Origin: a virus
Length of the DNA stretch: 64,000 nt
Direction: 5' to 3' (one strand)
Virus record (IMG/VR): IMGVR_UViG_3300020183_000046
Location: 1 to 64,000 of that record
The notes beneath the pieces were generated by a model. That model was not told the DNA's origin and ran no database searches. It saw only the letters and a list, made by a program, of their open reading frames with translations. The number at the start of each line of letters is the position of its first letter. Position 1 is the stretch's first letter. A program made the position numbers and the translations under genes. Below are positions 7,997 through 18,765 of this stretch, piece by piece.

Positions 7997-9220
7997 TTAC
8001 TTCCAGTCCTTCTCTACCGTGAAATTGTTATAAGAAAATTCCAAACGATTCACCAACTTAATCATGTCCCCATCAAGGTGAAGTACATATCCTTCAGGAT
8101 TAGTTACCTGATAACCATTCGGAGTCTTAACAAAATATCTCACTGCCCCTAAACCTTCTACTCGGTTGAGCTCATCAATAACAATTTGTTTGTTATCTTG
8201 TATCTTTTTATATAGCGCAAGCATAGCGCGAAACTCATTCTCATGATCCTCAAGATATTTCAAACCAGCATACATTAAGGTTCTCTTTTCTGTTTTTGCT
8301 TTATCGGATTTGAGTCCATCTATAACCTTCATCATTTTAGTATGATAGAACTCACCCAAAGCCTTTAAAGTTTTTCTTGGATCAGATATAGATCTCTGCT
8401 TCTTCACTTCATCATTAAAAAATTGCTTGACGTAGGAAGCAACATGATATTTTTTATCACCAGTTGTTCCCATGTTTGCGACAAGAGCATTCAAAAAATC
8501 TTTGGTGATGGTACACATTCTATTAATGATCGTCACATTTTGTTCGAATGTTCTCAATTGAGATTGAGGAATTGCAGTGTCAACTAAAGGAGTATCATTA
8601 AAGAACTGAACAACTTCTGGTAGATCATTAGTCTGCGGAACATTTGCTCCAGCTCTTGCTTGCAAAGCAGATGGGTCCATGTACTGACCATCATAATGAG
8701 TATGAAATACAATACCCACCTTAGCTTGCATGATCTGTCTACCCAAAGGGTGATCATAAGGAACAGCATATGTGAGAGTGTTCATCCTAAATGTGACATA
8801 CCTCTCTTTATCAATTACCTCTACCTTCAATTTGTCTTCTGTGAAAAGAACATCACCCTGAACAATCCCTTTGATATTCATTCTGGGAAAATACTTGAAG
8901 CATGTCTTTAAGGTTTGCCCAAGACCACCAGATCCATACAACATATCAATTTCTTGTTCGTTGTATGCAATCTTTGGAGTTCCTACATTAAATGCAGATT
9001 TGTTTGCCACAAAAAAATCATTAGATTCTGGATCGTATCCACAGACTATAGATGGAGATCCATCCCATTTTGTCTGCATATAACCAGATCCTTTTTTCTC
9101 TCCCATCATTTTGATGAGTTCGCGCATGAACCTAACTGCGGCATGACATCCTTCTACGCCATAGTTAAGCATTTCATCTTCAAGGTGTTCTAGGTGAGTA
9201 AGGTGAACTACGTTTGCCAT
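7997..9220 (-). CDS. Conserved phage protein with ligase-like KxDG motif (DUF6267-like)
   Basis: HLEHLED, TKWDGSPSIVCG, QGDVLF, PEGYV, KLVNR.EFS; start set at MANVVH, overlapping the upstream stop. Confidence 0.7.
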   Translation of the reverse strand: MANVVHLTHLEHLEDEMLNYGVEGCHAAVRFMRELIKMMGEKKGSGYMQTKWDGSPSIVCGYDPESNDFFVANKSAFNVGTPKIAYNEQEIDMLYGSGGLGQTLKTCFKYFPRMNIKGIVQGDVLFTEDKLKVEVIDKERYVTFRMNTLTYAVPYDHPLGRQIMQAKVGIVFHTHYDGQYMDPSALQARAGANVPQTNDLPEVVQFFNDTPLVDTAIPQSQLRTFEQNVTIINRMCTITKDFLNALVANMGTTGDKKYHVASYVKQFFNDEVKKQRSISDPRKTLKALGEFYHTKMMKVIDGLKSDKAKTEKRTLMYAGLKYLEDHENEFRAMLALYKKIQDNKQIVIDELNRVEGLGAVRYFVKTPNGYQVTNPEGYVLHLDGDMIKLVNRLEFSYNNFTVEKDWK

Positions 9221-10410
9221 CAGATCATCTCCCACTCCGAACGACCAGCTTTAGGATAGATAAAGATTCTAGTCCCAGGAACTCCAAAGTCAGAGCGATC
9301 TCCTTTACGTGCCATGAACACTGGTCTTGCCTCACCACTAAGAAGTTCGTTCATTTCATTTTGACTATCAGTGTGGATACTTCCTTCAACTTTCAAAACC
9401 TTTTGATCGTTACCAGAAAGGCTAGTTGGTTGACCCTGAATAATTAACTGAACTGAGTCGGAATTGTATGACCCTCTTCTATACAAAGGACCATAAACTG
9501 CTTCCACCTTCAAAGTATTATCATCTATCTCTCTTCCAATATTTGTTCCAGGAGGAGCACCATTTGGATATCTAGTCTTTAGATCATTAACAAAGTCTAA
9601 AACTTCTTGGTTGTTCCTATATCCAGATAAACCACCCCACTGTTGGAAATCTTTTGGTTTGCTTCCTTCCTTCAACGAAGTAAATCCAGTGATTCTCAAG
9701 TCAGTATTATTCTTGTAGTATAGGAATACAATATCTGCTTTTGGATCAGACGAAGCTCCAGGTGCTCCCATGGCACCAACACAATTTGGAATTATGAGAC
9801 TTCCAACCTTAAGATCAAAGAGCATAGACTCCCCGTTCTTTCTTCTCTTTTCTCTCTCAGCACCAACCAACTCATTAAAGTTATCTAACCAATCAGCTTC
9901 AACTGTTTTACCTGGTTTTAATAGAGTGAGGTTTTCTGCTGCAGCAATAGATTCAAGGTGTCCCCATTTCATATTTCTAGAATTCATGGAGACTTCTCTT
10001 CCACCAAAATCTGTTGTCTTCGACAGAATTCCCATAGAATGTAATTGATAGTCTTCAGAGATAACAAATATTTTTGTACCGAATCCAGGATCAGTTTTCG
10101 ATCTAAAATAATTATTGAATCGATTTATAAACTTCCGTACATCTTTACCGTAATTTGCTGGGTAAATGCATTTGTAATCTTTAATGTCACACCCCAACAG
10201 TCTTTCTGCTTTTGTACCTTTTGCTAGGGTACGAGGACTTTTATAGGCGAGACCAATAAGCTTTACACTATCTCCTGCAGGAATGTTTTTGCCGTAGACC
10301 TTGACTTCTTTTTCCAAAACAAATCCAGCTCCATCAACAACGTACTCATGAAATCTGCGTAGATTCTGGAGTTGCCTCTTTTTAAACTGAGACCAAGAAA
10401 GTGCTGCCAT
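9220..10410 (-). CDS. Putative PD-(D/E)xK-type nuclease-like protein
   Basis: DPKADIV...TSLK motif; late promoter TAAATA at 10430-10435. Confidence 0.5.
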   Translation of the reverse strand: MAALSWSQFKKRQLQNLRRFHEYVVDGAGFVLEKEVKVYGKNIPAGDSVKLIGLAYKSPRTLAKGTKAERLLGCDIKDYKCIYPANYGKDVRKFINRFNNYFRSKTDPGFGTKIFVISEDYQLHSMGILSKTTDFGGREVSMNSRNMKWGHLESIAAAENLTLLKPGKTVEADWLDNFNELVGAEREKRRKNGESMLFDLKVGSLIIPNCVGAMGAPGASSDPKADIVFLYYKNNTDLRITGFTSLKEGSKPKDFQQWGGLSGYRNNQEVLDFVNDLKTRYPNGAPPGTNIGREIDDNTLKVEAVYGPLYRRGSYNSDSVQLIIQGQPTSLSGNDQKVLKVEGSIHTDSQNEMNELLSGEARPVFMARKGDRSDFGVPGTRIFIYPKAGRSEWEMI

Positions 10411-10411
10411 A

Positions 10412-10461
10412 TAAAAAAATCTCCCCATCTATTTAGAATCGTTTCCAAAAGCGTGGGGAGA
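10412..10461 (-). terminator. Terminator-like hairpin with late promoter in its loop
   Basis: TCTCCCCA/TGGGGAGA arms, then T7; loop contains TAAATA. Confidence 0.5.
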
Positions 10462-11071
10462 GTAATCCTGCTTCACTTCCAACCTTATGTTTTTTCAAGG
10501 TTAGCACGATGTCTCCTGCTAGAGATATCCGAGTGTGCAGTCTGTCAACTGGCACAGTGTAGTGCTCTAGTGAACCAGGGAATATTAATAGATGTTCCGC
10601 TTTGGGTTCAATCACATAGTCTCGTGTGTTCAACCCGTTCTGCTGACCAGTGAAAGAGAATGCTGCACCAAACCACTGGTTAGGATTTTCTGTGTGAAAT
10701 ACAATTGGATCTCCAGTTGGTTGCACATAATATACAAAGCTAATATGAGCACAAGAGTGATAGTGCATCGGAAAGGATTGACCAGGTTCACAAATACCAA
10801 ACCAACTTTTTGTTACATTAACCTCAAAGGAATCAGTATCCATATCAAAGTGATTGAGATATTCTCTCGTCTTCCTACCAATCGCTTTGAAGAAATCATG
10901 CAATCTCTTATCTTGATGAACTAAAACCTTTCCAGTTAGCTCACCAGTTATCTTACCGCCATCAGTCTCAAACTTATGATCGTCATACGATTTATAAATG
11001 GCAGGCAAAAACCCTGGTAGGTCTGTTTCGTAGACTACCAGGGGAGCAAAGGTATGGAAATTATACGCCAT
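10433..11071 (-). CDS. 2OG-Fe(II) oxygenase (TIGR02466-like)
   Basis: SW..PMHYH...ISFVYY...LIFPGSLEH...RISLA. Confidence 0.85.
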   Translation of the reverse strand: MAYNFHTFAPLVVYETDLPGFLPAIYKSYDDHKFETDGGKITGELTGKVLVHQDKRLHDFFKAIGRKTREYLNHFDMDTDSFEVNVTKSWFGICEPGQSFPMHYHSCAHISFVYYVQPTGDPIVFHTENPNQWFGAAFSFTGQQNGLNTRDYVIEPKAEHLLIFPGSLEHYTVPVDRLHTRISLAGDIVLTLKKHKVGSEAGLLSPRFWKRF

Positions 11072-11354
11072 ACTTGTCAAACAACTTGCGGATGTTTTGT
11101 GTAATGCCCATGCCGCCAGTGTAAGTTTCTAGAAGTTCTGCATTCTCATCAACAACAATCAAAACGGGAGTGGCAGTTACACCATACTTCTTTGCAAGAT
11201 CCAAATTCTCTTGTGGAATAGGGACATCACTGAAGTCTTCGAGATAAACTTCTTCAATAACACTGGTACGATTATCTTTAAGTGCATTAAGATATCGCTT
11301 AACTAATCCACAAGGACCACAAGAGTCCTTGGTAAACATAATAAACTTATTCAT
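11061..11354 (-). CDS. Thioredoxin/glutaredoxin-like protein
   Basis: CGPC active site; YGVTATPVL cis-Pro loop. Confidence 0.85.
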   Translation of the reverse strand: MNKFIMFTKDSCGPCGLVKRYLNALKDNRTSVIEEVYLEDFSDVPIPQENLDLAKKYGVTATPVLIVVDENAELLETYTGGMGITQNIRKLFDKYGV

Positions 11355-11755
11355 CGATCATCGGAAGCACGGTTTTCAGAATAGTGAATATCAAACTGCC
11401 CGCCAGGATAACGCTTCTCAAGCTTCTTGACATTACGCTCTAAGACTTCATCAAATGAAATTCCAAGTGCTTGAGTTGCTTGTGCTACGTACCAAAGAAT
11501 ATCACCCAACTCAATAATGAGATGTTCTCGATTGTCGTCGTTCCAAGGCTTACCTTGGAAAACCATCTTCTTAACAATCTCAAGAAACTCACCGCCCTCA
11601 GCATTAATGCCAACGCCAGCAGTAAGCAGTCGTTCAATATTGGCACCTTTAGCATCAAGCTCAACAAGGCGATCAGCAAGGTAAACAAAATCTTTAGAAG
11701 CGTCACTGGTGACTTCATCTACAAAATGTTCATAACGCTTGAAATCGATGCTCAT
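11351..11755 (-). CDS. mazG: MazG-like nucleoside triphosphate pyrophosphohydrolase
   Basis: EGGEFLEIVKK...ELGDILWY...KL.KRYP. Confidence 0.93.
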   Translation of the reverse strand: MSIDFKRYEHFVDEVTSDASKDFVYLADRLVELDAKGANIERLLTAGVGINAEGGEFLEIVKKMVFQGKPWNDDNREHLIIELGDILWYVAQATQALGISFDEVLERNVKKLEKRYPGGQFDIHYSENRASDDR

Positions 11756-13128
11756 ACTTTAAATCCTGAAAATTTTTGTAAAATATCACTGGGGTTGATC
11801 TCTTCATCAAAGTCTTGCCCAGAATCAACAAGGTTTTTTTGTGCTGACTGTTCACAATCATACAGCCTCATCTTCGCTCTGTCAATACCTACGACAAACC
11901 TTTTGTTAATGGTGGGATCGTTATATCTATTCTTCAATTGTTTGATCATAATCTGTCCAACCTGTTCCAGGTCTTCCGTACTAATAAGAGCAAACATAAG
12001 ATCGGCAGTAGCAGGAAGCCCAAAGGATTCAGAAGTATCAGTAAGTTCAACATCAGAGCTACCATAACCAGAGCGAGTAGTTTGGGTGGCTGATACGATG
12101 GGAACGTTGAACTCCACGGCGAGTCCTCTAAGTTCTTCTGCGATAGCTTTGACAAATGTGTAGGAGTTGACCAGAGAACCCTTAAAACGCTGGGAAGAGC
12201 AAATATTAAGGTAATCAATAAAGATAATATCTGGTCGGAAATCTTTCTTGAGAGCAAGATCATTAAGAAGAGCACGGAAATGACCAACGTGTGCTGATGC
12301 AGTAGGATACTCTTTAACAATTAACTTACCTTGAGTTTTCTTAGCAAGACTATTTACCTTGTTTTCAAACATCATCTTAGGCAATTGTGCCAGTTCTTGA
12401 ATGTTAACGTTTAGAAGGTTGGCATCAATACGTTCTGCAATCTTCTCTTCAGACATCTCCAAGGTAACATAAAGAACGTTCTTATTTTGCAGAAGAGTTG
12501 CAGCTGCCATGTGACACATGAACAGAGATTTACCTACACCTGTACCAGCAAGAGCGATATTAAGAGTCTTGTTTGGAATACCTCCCTTTGTGATCTTGTT
12601 TAGCATCTCAATATCAAAGGGGATCTTACTCTCTACCCTGTGGTAGCTTTCATAGCGTTCACTATAATCTTCGATGTAGTCATGACCAATATGATTATCG
12701 AAAGATACTCCCAGCGCGTCACTAAGAATACTAGGAATAGCATCGGGAGTCTTGTTATCATCCTTGCCATCTGCAATTCGGATAGACTCCATGAGCGCAA
12801 GGTAAATTGCCCTCTCTTTACACCACTTCTCCGTGGTGTCGAGCGCCCATTCAAGTTCCGATTTCTCATCATCAATACCTTGTATATACTCAACAATCTT
12901 TTTGTGCTGATCGTCAGAAATATTATCAAGGTGTCCAGCTTCAATCTCCATAGCTTCCTTAGATGGAATGGAGTTGTACTTGGAAAAATAATCAAAGATC
13001 ATCTGGAAGATAGATCTATCCTCCATGCTTGAAAAATATTCTGGCTTGACAAATGGTAGAGTCTTTCTTAAATACTCCTCATCATTCAGAAGATTCTTTA
13101 ATACCAGATTCTCTACTGTACTCATCAT
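11752..13128 (-). CDS. g41: Replicative DNA helicase (gp41)
   Basis: Walker A AGTGVGKS; IDYLNI; SATQTTR; TSESFGLPATAD. Confidence 0.96.
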   Translation of the reverse strand: MMSTVENLVLKNLLNDEEYLRKTLPFVKPEYFSSMEDRSIFQMIFDYFSKYNSIPSKEAMEIEAGHLDNISDDQHKKIVEYIQGIDDEKSELEWALDTTEKWCKERAIYLALMESIRIADGKDDNKTPDAIPSILSDALGVSFDNHIGHDYIEDYSERYESYHRVESKIPFDIEMLNKITKGGIPNKTLNIALAGTGVGKSLFMCHMAAATLLQNKNVLYVTLEMSEEKIAERIDANLLNVNIQELAQLPKMMFENKVNSLAKKTQGKLIVKEYPTASAHVGHFRALLNDLALKKDFRPDIIFIDYLNICSSQRFKGSLVNSYTFVKAIAEELRGLAVEFNVPIVSATQTTRSGYGSSDVELTDTSESFGLPATADLMFALISTEDLEQVGQIMIKQLKNRYNDPTINKRFVVGIDRAKMRLYDCEQSAQKNLVDSGQDFDEEINPSDILQKFSGFKV

Positions 13129-13663
13129 GCGTAACCACAAAAGTAAACATCAAAGTAAATCTCTCCTCCTTAGACGTATTGATTGGAGAAGATGTATCCA
13201 CGTAGGAAGGATAGATTACAAGATCTCCTTCCTTCACCCACAGTCCCTTTACAGAATCAAACTCATTTGTAATGGTTTCTGGTTTCACACAGTTTAGCAC
13301 ATTATAAGCTGGATGGTAGTAGACATCTGCATGATGTTTGGATTCGTCATATTTCAAATAGTGTACAGCACTGTAGTGCCCTGGAAGGTAGGTGTCCCTA
13401 GGAAGAGACTCTCCTGATTTTAGCACAACCAGGGCGGCAGATGTGATGGTGATAGATCCGATTGGATAGACCTCATCTCGGAATTCATCCAGAGTCTCCA
13501 CATAGATTCCAAGAAGTTCTTGGATGTAATCATCGTAGTAAATGAATGGAGAGGGAACTTGAAATTTATTGGACTGATAGAACCCTAAAATGTTTTGCTT
13601 TACTTCTTCAGTTAGATCTATGTGATACTTTCTAAATGGTGCAGAAAACAAATCAGACTTCAT
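13082..13663 (-). CDS. Degenerate 2OG-Fe(II) oxygenase-fold protein
   Basis: Family scaffold SAVHYL...EGDLVIYPS...R.T..F is kept but the metal-binding His residues appear replaced. Confidence 0.6.
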   Translation of the reverse strand: MKSDLFSAPFRKYHIDLTEEVKQNILGFYQSNKFQVPSPFIYYDDYIQELLGIYVETLDEFRDEVYPIGSITITSAALVVLKSGESLPRDTYLPGHYSAVHYLKYDESKHHADVYYHPAYNVLNCVKPETITNEFDSVKGLWVKEGDLVIYPSYVDTSSPINTSKEERFTLMFTFVVTHDEYSRESGIKESSE

Positions 13664-14676
13664 GATTCAGTTCCATATTTAAACTCTTGCCCTGCTGCCC
13701 AATCAAGCTTCTCCATCACTTCTTCGGTGAAGTATTTTTCGGGATCAGCAAGAATAGCAGAAGGATAAACGGAAGATTCCCCAACAACGACCCTATTGCC
13801 TTTGCGTTCGAATACTCCGTACTTCTCACCCAATTCCAGTAGTCCGTAATAGCGATCCAGTCCCCTTGCATCATAGTACAACCTTGTTTCTACCTTTGCA
13901 TTCTCTTTCGTCAGACGAGACTTTGCAGTAGTTGCCTTAATGATATTACCGATGACTTCTTTACCATCTTTCTCCTTTGACTTGCTGAGATAGATGATAG
14001 TGCTAGCTGCATACTTCAGACCACTTCCACCACCCATTTCTTTGGTGGGAACATAAGCACCAACAACATCATAGGTGTGGTTAGTTACCAGCATAGGAAC
14101 TCCCGCTTTACCAAGCTTGAGAGTAAGGATCCTAAAGATTGCTTTTACCACTTGAGCACGGGTCATATCTCTGGTATCTTTTCCAGCAGCAGAGTCTTCC
14201 ATCTCTTTACTAGTGGAAAGCATACCAAGACTATCAAGTACAAACATCATGGGTTTGCGATCTTCTTTCTTTTGCTCAAGATACTTATCTAGGATCTTGA
14301 TAGCTTGTGTACGAAACTCCTGCACTGTAGTAACAGGAACCAGAATCATTCGATCTCCATCAATACCACGCGAGAGAATCATCTCTTTGCTGATGGCAGA
14401 TTCAGATTCAAAATAAACTACTCCAGCGTCAGGGTTCGCCGCCAGGTAGTGCTGTACCACCCCGAGGCAGAAAAAGGTTTTACCAGTAGACGACTCACCC
14501 GCGATGGCTGTGATCTTGTTTGATGGTACACCACCGAAGATAGAGCCGCTAACCAGAGCGTTAAAAATATAAGAACCGCTATCAATAAACGATTCGATGT
14601 CACCGATACCTCCTTCGCTAATGAGTCCCGCATATTCATTACCGATGTCTTTGACTACTTCTTGCAAAAAATTCAT
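13660..14676 (-). CDS. uvsX: RecA-like recombinase UvsX
   Basis: AGESSTGKT; LDSLGML; [12 protein letters not shown]. Confidence 0.96.
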   Translation of the reverse strand: MNFLQEVVKDIGNEYAGLISEGGIGDIESFIDSGSYIFNALVSGSIFGGVPSNKITAIAGESSTGKTFFCLGVVQHYLAANPDAGVVYFESESAISKEMILSRGIDGDRMILVPVTTVQEFRTQAIKILDKYLEQKKEDRKPMMFVLDSLGMLSTSKEMEDSAAGKDTRDMTRAQVVKAIFRILTLKLGKAGVPMLVTNHTYDVVGAYVPTKEMGGGSGLKYAASTIIYLSKSKEKDGKEVIGNIIKATTAKSRLTKENAKVETRLYYDARGLDRYYGLLELGEKYGVFERKGNRVVVGESSVYPSAILADPEKYFTEEVMEKLDWAAGQEFKYGTES

Positions 14677-17174
14677 GAGAATAAAAATTCAAGGTTAGTT
14701 ACTTTTTCCGTCTTCCATCCTATCACGTCTAGGATGATTTGTAAAGGATCGACAAATGCTTTTTGGAATTGAGCATCACGATCTATGCTATTCTCCAGCT
14801 CAAGTTCTGTGGGGAACGTATTGAGAAAAGAGATAACATTTTCATTAATTTTATTTGGGCGGCGAAGATAAAGAAACTTAATCTTTTCACCTTCCTGAAT
14901 TAATGGATACTTATACTCTAGGTTTTTTTGAGCAACATAAAAATTGTATAGCAGCGTGCCACGAACATGTATAGGGGTTCCCTTTGTATACACTGTTCCG
15001 TGCGATTTGAACTTACTGAGCCCATTTACAGACCTCGGAAATGCGATATCTTCGGGTGGTAATGAGTTGAATTCATCCCTAAAGTTATCTATGAATTCAA
15101 TCAAGTCATCTTCAGTTTTCGACATAATAATTGTCAGGGCTTCCTTAATTGCCTGACGGCAAGGAGCAGGTGTTGAAGACTTTACTGCTTCGATTCCCAT
15201 CATCTTGAGCTTGGGTTCTTTATAGCGAACACCCTCACTATCCCAGACGTTTAGGATATAACGTTTTTTGGCAGTCCAGATTCCACTAGAAGCGATGTTC
15301 TCTCGCTTCATCATCATCTTCTGCTCATATGCATTTACATATCTCGCAAGGGTCGAATAAGAATCTTCAATATATTTTTCAAGTTCCATTTGACACACCT
15401 TGTCAAGGAACCCCACGATGCTCTCATCATCTTTCTCTCTTCCTTCGTATACACGTTCAACCAGAGGACCCAGATTAAGGTAGATTGAATCAGTATCAGA
15501 AGCAATAACATAGTCAACTCCATCAGTTTTGAGAATCTTGTTTAGGTAGGCATTCATCTTGTTCTCAATCCAGCGGATAGATACCTGACCAGAAAGAGTG
15601 ATTGCCTCAGCATTTGCTAGATTGTAATAACGGAAGTATTGATTTCCGATGGCACCATAGGCAGAGTTAAGCTGGATCTTCCTTGCCATCTGAATGTTGT
15701 TGTATTTACTAATTGCTTTGGTCAATTCCTGAGATGGATTCTTTTCATACTCTTGCTTTGCCATAAGCATTAGCTTTTTAGACTGGACACGTTCATCGTA
15801 GATCTTCTGCATCATCTCTGGCAGAAAACCATGAATGTCTTTGCGATACTGAGATCCATTTGCACAGAGACAATATTTTGGATCGGGTTGAATCTCTTGG
15901 TTTAGGATCCTTTCAACAGTCGCAGTGGGATGTCGCCTTTCGGTAAGTGTCTCTGGCGAGATGTTGTACTGCATAATAAGATGGGGATACAGGCTATTAA
16001 GGTCAAAACTAACCACCCAATCATAACGCCCAGGAATCGGTTCTTTGACATATGCTCCAGCGTACTTTTCGCTTTTATCGCTACGTTTAGAGGGAGGAAC
16101 AACAATATTCTTATCGCGAAGAAAGTTGTAGATTAAGGTATCCCACATGCGTACCTGGAAGTACACATCTTTCATGTTTACCTTAGCGTCATATGCAAGA
16201 GCAATAGCAAGTTCAACGAGTTTCATTTTTTCTTCAAGGCGAAGAACAAGCTCCACGTCCTTGATGTTGTAGTCGATGAACTTTTGCCAGTTACGAGTAT
16301 AGAACTCCTTGAAGTTCTCAAACTCACTGTGGTCCAATTTGTTCTGTCCCAATTCTACATAGGCTATATGATCCAATCTATACGATTCTTGGTTCGTATA
16401 TGTGAACTTTTTATACAAATCAAGGTAATCCAAAACATTAACACCATAGATGTTGTAAATGATTTGCTTCCTTCCTTTGATTTCCATCTCCTCTCGGTGA
16501 ACAATTCCCCAAGGGGAGATCTGCTTCATTTCCTTTTCCCCAAACAGACGTTCCAAACGTCCACAAATGTACGGGATATCATACAGCTCCACATTCCATC
16601 CCGTGAGCACATCTGGAAATGCAGTTGACCAATAAGATAAGAAAGAACGGAGCAGATGTTCTTCACCGTCACACAGAATATATTCAACATCCTTGCGATC
16701 TGTCTGATAGGGTTTCGTACCCCATACCTTAATCTTCTTGGAGGTATAGTCCTGGACTGTAATCGATAGAAGCGGTTCAGCGCACTCTTGCACGTTAGGA
16801 AAACCATTTTCACATGCAACTTCAATATCAAGCGACGTAATCTTAAGAGCCTTAAGATTATAATCAACTTCTCCTGGGTACTCCTCTGAGACAAATTGAT
16901 ATAAGAAACGGTCATATCCATGGACTTCAAAACCCTGTACTTCCCGATACCTATCTATGAACTGACGAGCTTCACGAACGGATTCGAACTTGATAGGCTT
17001 GGCGTAGCGACCATCCAAGGTCTTGTGCTTGGTCTGCTTATCAGTAACAACAAAAAGAGTCGGAGAGAACTTCATCTTCCTTTGGATACGCTCAAGCAAC
17101 CCGCCAGGTCCCTCTTCATATCCAAGGTAGAGAAGGTCATCTCCGACCAATTGAACGTTTGTGTAAAAACTCAT
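14673..17174 (-). CDS. g43: Family B DNA polymerase (gp43)
   Basis: Exo DIE; SFDLNSLYP; KIQLNSAYG; SDTDS. Confidence 0.97.
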   Translation of the reverse strand: MSFYTNVQLVGDDLLYLGYEEGPGGLLERIQRKMKFSPTLFVVTDKQTKHKTLDGRYAKPIKFESVREARQFIDRYREVQGFEVHGYDRFLYQFVSEEYPGEVDYNLKALKITSLDIEVACENGFPNVQECAEPLLSITVQDYTSKKIKVWGTKPYQTDRKDVEYILCDGEEHLLRSFLSYWSTAFPDVLTGWNVELYDIPYICGRLERLFGEKEMKQISPWGIVHREEMEIKGRKQIIYNIYGVNVLDYLDLYKKFTYTNQESYRLDHIAYVELGQNKLDHSEFENFKEFYTRNWQKFIDYNIKDVELVLRLEEKMKLVELAIALAYDAKVNMKDVYFQVRMWDTLIYNFLRDKNIVVPPSKRSDKSEKYAGAYVKEPIPGRYDWVVSFDLNSLYPHLIMQYNISPETLTERRHPTATVERILNQEIQPDPKYCLCANGSQYRKDIHGFLPEMMQKIYDERVQSKKLMLMAKQEYEKNPSQELTKAISKYNNIQMARKIQLNSAYGAIGNQYFRYYNLANAEAITLSGQVSIRWIENKMNAYLNKILKTDGVDYVIASDTDSIYLNLGPLVERVYEGREKDDESIVGFLDKVCQMELEKYIEDSYSTLARYVNAYEQKMMMKRENIASSGIWTAKKRYILNVWDSEGVRYKEPKLKMMGIEAVKSSTPAPCRQAIKEALTIIMSKTEDDLIEFIDNFRDEFNSLPPEDIAFPRSVNGLSKFKSHGTVYTKGTPIHVRGTLLYNFYVAQKNLEYKYPLIQEGEKIKFLYLRRPNKINENVISFLNTFPTELELENSIDRDAQFQKAFVDPLQIILDVIGWKTEKVTNLEFLFS

Positions 17175-17410
17175 TTAGTCACTTGCTCATACTTCAAGCG
17201 GATCTCCTCCGCTGGTTCTACTATTGTAGCAAGTGTTTCGGAATAAAGCAAGATCTCGTCATCATTTGACCAGATTGGCCAAGGAGCTAGAGTGCCGTCA
17301 TCTCGAACCATATATGGTTGGGAGAGATGGCAAGCTGGTTCCTCATCCAGTTGCTCCACCTTGGAGATCAGGGTCATTCCCGTTCTCAGAATCACTAACA
17401 TCGTTTTCAT
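17171..17410 (-). CDS. Small Sm-like-family hypothetical protein
   Basis: MKTMLVILRTGMTLISKVE...L..PY.....L.PW pattern shared with the two upstream ORFs. Confidence 0.6.
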   Translation of the reverse strand: MKTMLVILRTGMTLISKVEQLDEEPACHLSQPYMVRDDGTLAPWPIWSNDDEILLYSETLATIVEPAEEIRLKYEQVTK

Positions 17411-17834
17411 TTTCTTCATCCTCTCGTAAGATTTTTTCAGCTTCTTCAAAAATAGATTCCATATCCAATTCATTAAGACCCTTACCTGCAAGCATAGCTT
17501 CATGCTTCTTGAAGTTTTCTTCGTAGGTATCCTCTTTGATTGCAGAAATATATTGCTCTGCAATTGTATCCAAAGGATCATATGCAGTTAGCACATGATG
17601 ACCAGGAAGGAAAAAGTCTCTCTCTTTACTCAGAGGAGCCCAGGGGAACCAGTGCAATTGATATCCCTTTTCTCTATTAAAGATAATACCACCGTCTACA
17701 TCAGAAACAATATCTAGACGAAATGGTTTGTGTAAATGAAAACCGATCGGATCATTACTTTCAGGAGAACAGATCTCCTTTACTTCACTAATGATTTCTT
17801 CACCAGATTTCAACAACAAAAGCTTTACGCTCAT
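17343..17834 (-). CDS. Sm-like-family hypothetical protein
   Basis: VKLLLLKSGEEIISEV...L.KPF...PWAPLS. Confidence 0.7.
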   Translation of the reverse strand: MSVKLLLLKSGEEIISEVKEICSPESNDPIGFHLHKPFRLDIVSDVDGGIIFNREKGYQLHWFPWAPLSKERDFFLPGHHVLTAYDPLDTIAEQYISAIKEDTYEENFKKHEAMLAGKGLNELDMESIFEEAEKILREDEENENDVSDSENGNDPDLQGGATG

Positions 17835-18166
17835 TCTACTTCACCGCCCATTTTACGAACATTCTCGATGTATGTATCTCGAAGGCTAGGAACTGGTTCA
17901 AGAATAGTTGCAACAAAAGAAGTATTAATTGCCATCTGAACATCTGCACTCAGAGGACACCAAGGTTCATAATGAACTTTAACTTCTGGATCAAGCACAA
18001 TACCTGTACCATCAAGTTGTGGTTGATCGTAAGTAACTTTGTATGGAAAATTAAATACCCAAGCTTGACGTTCTCCAGTATCTTTATGCACTGCTTCCTG
18101 AACATCGGCAATCACACGTTCACCATTTACAAGAACTACAACTTTAACTCTATCTGCGTTGATCAT
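17831..18166 (-). CDS. Sm-like-family hypothetical protein
   Basis: VKVVVLVNGERVIADV...FPY...PWCPLS. Confidence 0.7.
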   Translation of the reverse strand: MINADRVKVVVLVNGERVIADVQEAVHKDTGERQAWVFNFPYKVTYDQPQLDGTGIVLDPEVKVHYEPWCPLSADVQMAINTSFVATILEPVPSLRDTYIENVRKMGGEVE

Positions 18167-18189
18167 ATTTTCAAGTAGTTTTACTATAG

Positions 18190-18227
18190 ATTATAGAGGG
18201 GTTCTTGGTCTTTGTCAAGAACCCCTC
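18190..18227 (-). promoter_or_regulatory. Consensus sigma70 promoter inside a 12-bp inverted repeat
   Basis: TTGACA(18218-18213)-17-TATAAT(18195-18190); arms GAGGGGTTCTTG/CAAGAACCCCTC. Confidence 0.85.
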
Positions 18228-18254
18228 AGCGCCGACGATATTTGGCGCAACTAT

Positions 18255-18689
18255 TTAGAGGTAATCTTTACGAGCATGATGTTCTGGAATAACCTTACCA
18301 AGAACAATTGTCAGTAATCCATTATCAAAGGTGACATCTCGTACTTCTGTATCATCTGAGAGTGTCCATACTCTTTTGAAAGATCGTTGAGCCAATCCCT
18401 TATGGACGTAACGTGTGTCAGATTCTTTATCTTCCTTTTGTCCTTCAACAAAAAGTTTTCCATACTCCGTGTACACATTCACTTCTTCATTTTTAAATCC
18501 AGCTAGTGCAATTTCCAGACGTGATTCTACGTTACTTACCTGAACAAGATTGTATGGAGGATAATTTGAAGTGGTTTCATGAAGATTGAATAGACGGTCA
18601 AAGTACTCGTCCATTCCAATACTGTTGCGAGTGATCTTTTCCATCAGGGTAGGAAGATCCGCAGCCGTATAACGGGTAACATTAGTCAT
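18255..18689 (-). CDS. hsp20: Small heat shock protein
   Basis: YPPYNL..LEIALAGF...HKGLAQRSF...F.NGLL.I; SD AGGAG before MTNVTRY. Confidence 0.93.
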   Translation of the reverse strand: MTNVTRYTAADLPTLMEKITRNSIGMDEYFDRLFNLHETTSNYPPYNLVQVSNVESRLEIALAGFKNEEVNVYTEYGKLFVEGQKEDKESDTRYVHKGLAQRSFKRVWTLSDDTEVRDVTFDNGLLTIVLGKVIPEHHARKDYL

Positions 18690-18765
18690 TATGGTAGCTC
18701 CTTTAAAAGCGAGTTTGTGTTTTGTGGACCCTTTCGGCATCCAATACTATTTAACCACAAAACGA

